Assembly (NCBI RefSeq): GCF_009914755.1
Contig: NC_060929.1
From: the human T2T-CHM13v2.0 reference genome, Homo sapiens
Reading direction: 5' to 3' (one strand)
Length of the DNA stretch: 64,000 bases
In this document: positions 59,801 through 64,000 of the stretch, one piece after another
Numbering within the stretch: the first letter of the stretch is position 1
Layout: every line of letters begins with the position of its first letter
Position numbers and translations under genes: made by a program
The notes under the pieces: generated by a model
Database searches by the model: none
What the model was told of the DNA's origin: nothing
Seen by the model: the letters and a program-made list of their open reading frames with translations, nothing else

Positions 59801-61876
59801 GGACTTTAAAGTTTTGTTTCATTTGGATTGAAATTAAATGAGTTCAAGTTTTAAAGCCATTCTTCTTCAATATGATTCTTCAGAAAATAATTTCATAAAA
59901 TTCTCCTGGGGAAAGGGTTCTATAGTTAAGTAAATGGGGATAGGCTGGATATCCCCATTTATTTCCTCTTGGAAACTCAAAGTATACATTCATTTATTAC
60001 AGGCTTCTAGAATCCTACTGTTTAATGTTGTATAACCCAAATAAAGCTAGGCTTTCTTGAGATTAAATTTTAATTTAAATTTTATCTCAGCATGAAGACA
60101 GAACAAAGAAAATCTCACTCAAAACATTAGAAAGTAGTAGTCCTTTAGTAAAAATTTATTGCAGACATAGATAATGGGGATACAAAATAACATAACTTTA
60201 CTTATATAAATCTCTGAATCCTACTCCACATGGAGGCACCAGTTTTCTCCCCTGTTCCTCTCTAAAATTCCTTGAAAAGTCATATCTCCAAACTTGTTTT
60301 GATTCTCCTCTCTTCTTCCTTATTCAGATTTATGATGGTACAATTACTTTATTATTTAGAACATTCTAGACCTTTTCTGCCTTCTCCCACATATATCTTC
60401 GTCTATCATCTCTAAAGATCGATAAATAAAAGTTCTTGTTCAGAACACTGTTTTGATGTTTTTGATGTTTCACATTTGTTCACCACATACTTCACGAATT
60501 TTGCTACCAAGTATCTATCAATACTATAAGGAAAGAATATTCTACAGGATACAAACAAGGAATATGTATTATAAACATGGTTTTGTGTTCACATGGGTTG
60601 AATCTTCAGTTTTTCATATAAATGGAATTTCCACACAGTAGATGCAAAAGTGCATGTTTAAAAATTAACTGAATATTGCCATGACAGTACTAAAAGATGC
60701 GTATCAAGCTTAAATGTTCTCTGTTGGAGCAAAACATAATCACCCTGAGATTTCAATCGGTGCAGATACTTCACTAGTGTGGTAATGATGATGCAAAAAC
60801 AGTCAAAAACATTTATCTAGGCTTATTAATAAATCTTGTCCTCATTTATATATGTTGTGTATAATCCCATAAATGCACATATTTGTAACATAATTGAATT
60901 ACCACCATTCATATTCTAACCGTAATCGATTTTGAAACACCAGATTTCCAAAGACCTTATTGTCCTTTCCTGCAAGAGCTCACAGTACACTTTTTTACAG
61001 TTTAAAATAAACAAAGCTCCACTCATGAAAGATTGACTACTATAGGAATGTCCCTCTCCTCATTAAACAACCAAAAGCAGGAAAAAAATATAAAGCAATG
61101 TTAGCAATGTTTCAGGCATGGGGTAACTGGCCTCATAAGACTCAGATCCCTCAAAAAAGAATTGCAGTCGCTTACTGGCAGGAAGCAGTTTCTATGTCAT
61201 ATCCCAAAAAAATCAAACTGTAAAGTCTTACTGAATTGGGCGTGGATGGGAGAACTACCAGTCATCAGTAGACCAAAAAATTCGCATGGCTCACAAAGGG
61301 TTAGGAACAGTTTGCTGTCAGCAGCTGTGGAGAAGAGGCCCACCCCTCCTGAGGTATTGGATAGATTCCTCAGAAGGATCTAATCTTAGTAGCTGTGCTA
61401 ACTTAGCTACAACATAAAGACTGTAGACACACCATGGCAAAGCTTAAGAGCAAGCCTTTAAAAGGGCCAAACTGATTCACAATTTACTTGACTACACATT
61501 AGAACAATATTTAGTTTTCTTTATAAGAATATAATCTATCACCTAAAAAAACAAAATTCAACAATAAAAACTTACTAGGCATGAAATATGCCAGGAAAAC
61601 ATGATCCTTAAGCAGGAGAAAAATCAATCATAGAATCAGTCAGAAATACAGATGATTGAATTAGTTGGACAAGAATCTTTAAACACTATTATAAATCTTA
61701 CAAATACGTTTAAGAATTTAAATATACAAAGATGATTAGGAGATAAATGAAATTTATTTTAAAAGATCCAAATTGAACTTCCAGAAAAGAAAAAAACCTG
61801 ATCTCTGAAATAAAATAATGTACTGGATAGGATTAAAAGCATATTAGAATAAAGGAGAAAATACTGGAGAACTTAA

Positions 61877-62697
61877 AAGTGGGTGAAGGATATGAACAGA
61901 CACTTCTCAAAAGAAGACATTTATGCAGCCAAAAGACACATGAAAAAATGCTCATCATCACTGGCCATCAGAGAAATGCAAATCAAAACCACAATGAGGT
62001 ACCATCTCACACCAGTTAGAATGGCAATCATTAAAAAGTCAGGAAACAACAGGTGCTGGAGAGGATGTGGAGAAATAGGAACACTTTTACACTGTTGGTG
62101 GGACTGTAAACTAGTTCAACCATTGTGGAAGTCAGTGTGGTGACTGCTCTGGGCTCTAGAACTAGAAATACCATTTGACCCAGCCATCCCATTACAGGGT
62201 ATATACCCAAAGGATTATAAATCATGCTGCTATAAAGACACATGCACAGGTGTCTTTATTGCAGCACTATTCACAATAGCAAAGACTTGGAACCAACCTA
62301 AATGTCCAACAAGGATAGACTGGATTAAGAAAATGTGGCACATATACACCATGGAATACTATGCAGCCATAAAAAAGGATGAGTTCGTATCCTTTGTAGG
62401 GACATGGATGAAGCTGGAAACCATCATTCTCAGCAAACTATTGCAAGGACAAAAAAACCAAACACCGCATGTTCTCACTCATAGGTAGGAATTGAACATT
62501 GAGAACACATGGACACAGGAAGGGGACCATCACACACTAGGGCATGTTGTGAGGTGGGGGGAGGGGGAAGGGATAGCATTAGGAGATATACTTAAATGAT
62601 GAGTTAATGGGTGCAGCACAGCAACATGGCACATGTATACATATGTAACTAACCTGCACGTTGTGCACATGTACCCTAAAACTTAAAGTATAAAAAA
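61877..62697 (+). mobile_element. L1PA3/4-like 5'-truncated LINE-1
   Basis: ORF2 C-terminal peptide; poly(A); perfect 19-bp TSD AAAATACTGGAGAACTTAA (61858-61876, 62698-62716). Confidence 0.97.
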
Positions 62698-63500
62698 AAA
62701 ATACTGGAGAACTTAATGTCATACTAATAGAAACCATAAAAAATGAATCACAAAAAGAAAAGAGTATTAATTAAAAAGCGAGAACAGCGCCCAAGTGAGT
62801 TGAGAAACTAAATCAAGAGGTCTAAAATATATGTAATATGTGTCCCAAAAGGACAGAGTAAAGAGAGGGGGACAGAAAAAAATTATTCAAGAAAATGGCT
62901 TAAATATTGTTTAGTTTGATAAAAATCCACAGGTTAAAGAAGCTCAATGAATCTAAAGGAAATAAATGTAAATAAAACCACAACCAGGCACATTTTAATC
63001 AAATGCCTGAAAACCTACAGGAAGGAAAAATAAACTTGAAAAGAAGCATGAGAACAAAAGATTATGCAGAGGATTAAAACAGACTTCTTATCAGAAACTA
63101 TACAGGTTATGAAATAACTGCTTTAAAGAAGCAAAGGAAAAACTGTTAACCAAGAACTACAAACTTAGTGAAAATATCTTTTAAAATGCAGACAAAATAA
63201 ACATCTTTAGAACAATATAGGTAAAGATGATTCACCGTCAGCACCTAAATTACAAGGAATGTTCAAAGAAGTGGGCAGAAGCCAAATGATGGCAGAACAA
63301 AATAAGGATCTATGCAAATGAATGAATGTACCAGAAATGGTAAATACACAAGTAAATTAAAAAATAATGTTTTAAATCTCCTTAGAAGTTAATTGACTGC
63401 TATGGAAACACTAATACCAATGTATTGTGAGACTTATATGTAGAAATAAAATATATGGTAACAGCACAAAGGCCAGGAAGCAAGAAATGTATCATTTTAA

Positions 63501-63826
<326 letters not shown>

Positions 63827-64000
63827 GTAAGGCTTTTATATGTGAATTTAATGTTAAATGGTGATAAATTAAAACATATACTTTAAAGTCTACTGCAACT
63901 ACTAAAAATAAACAAAAAGTTTAGCTAATTAACAATAGAGGTTAAAATGAAAACATTTAAAATCTACTCTTTTAGCAATTTTGAAATTTACAATATATAA

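Overview
Primate (most likely human) genomic DNA, AT-rich, intronic or intergenic. I see no supportable protein-coding exon; the recognisable ORFs in the track are LINE-1 ORF1/ORF2 remnants or Alu/LTR read-through. Much of the window is interspersed repeat: old L1M/L1PB and younger L1PA fragments, nine Alu copies or fragments, MaLR/ERVL/ERV1/ERVK LTRs (THE1, MSTA, MLT1, MLT2A, MER50-like, LTR22-like), DNA transposon fossils (two MADE1, MER6, MER63A, ORSL-like) and MIR/L2 remnants. Subfamily names come from my recall of consensus sequences, not a database search. I found no new biological system. The best leads are a candidate 21-nt microexon, a cluster of DUX4-type motifs in LTRs, and several unusual insertion or repair events: an L1 3' transduction, a prematurely polyadenylated L1, a MIR-containing fragment captured inside an L1, local templated duplications, a MADE1 with an extra 6-bp duplication, and an ERVK solo LTR nested in an Alu.
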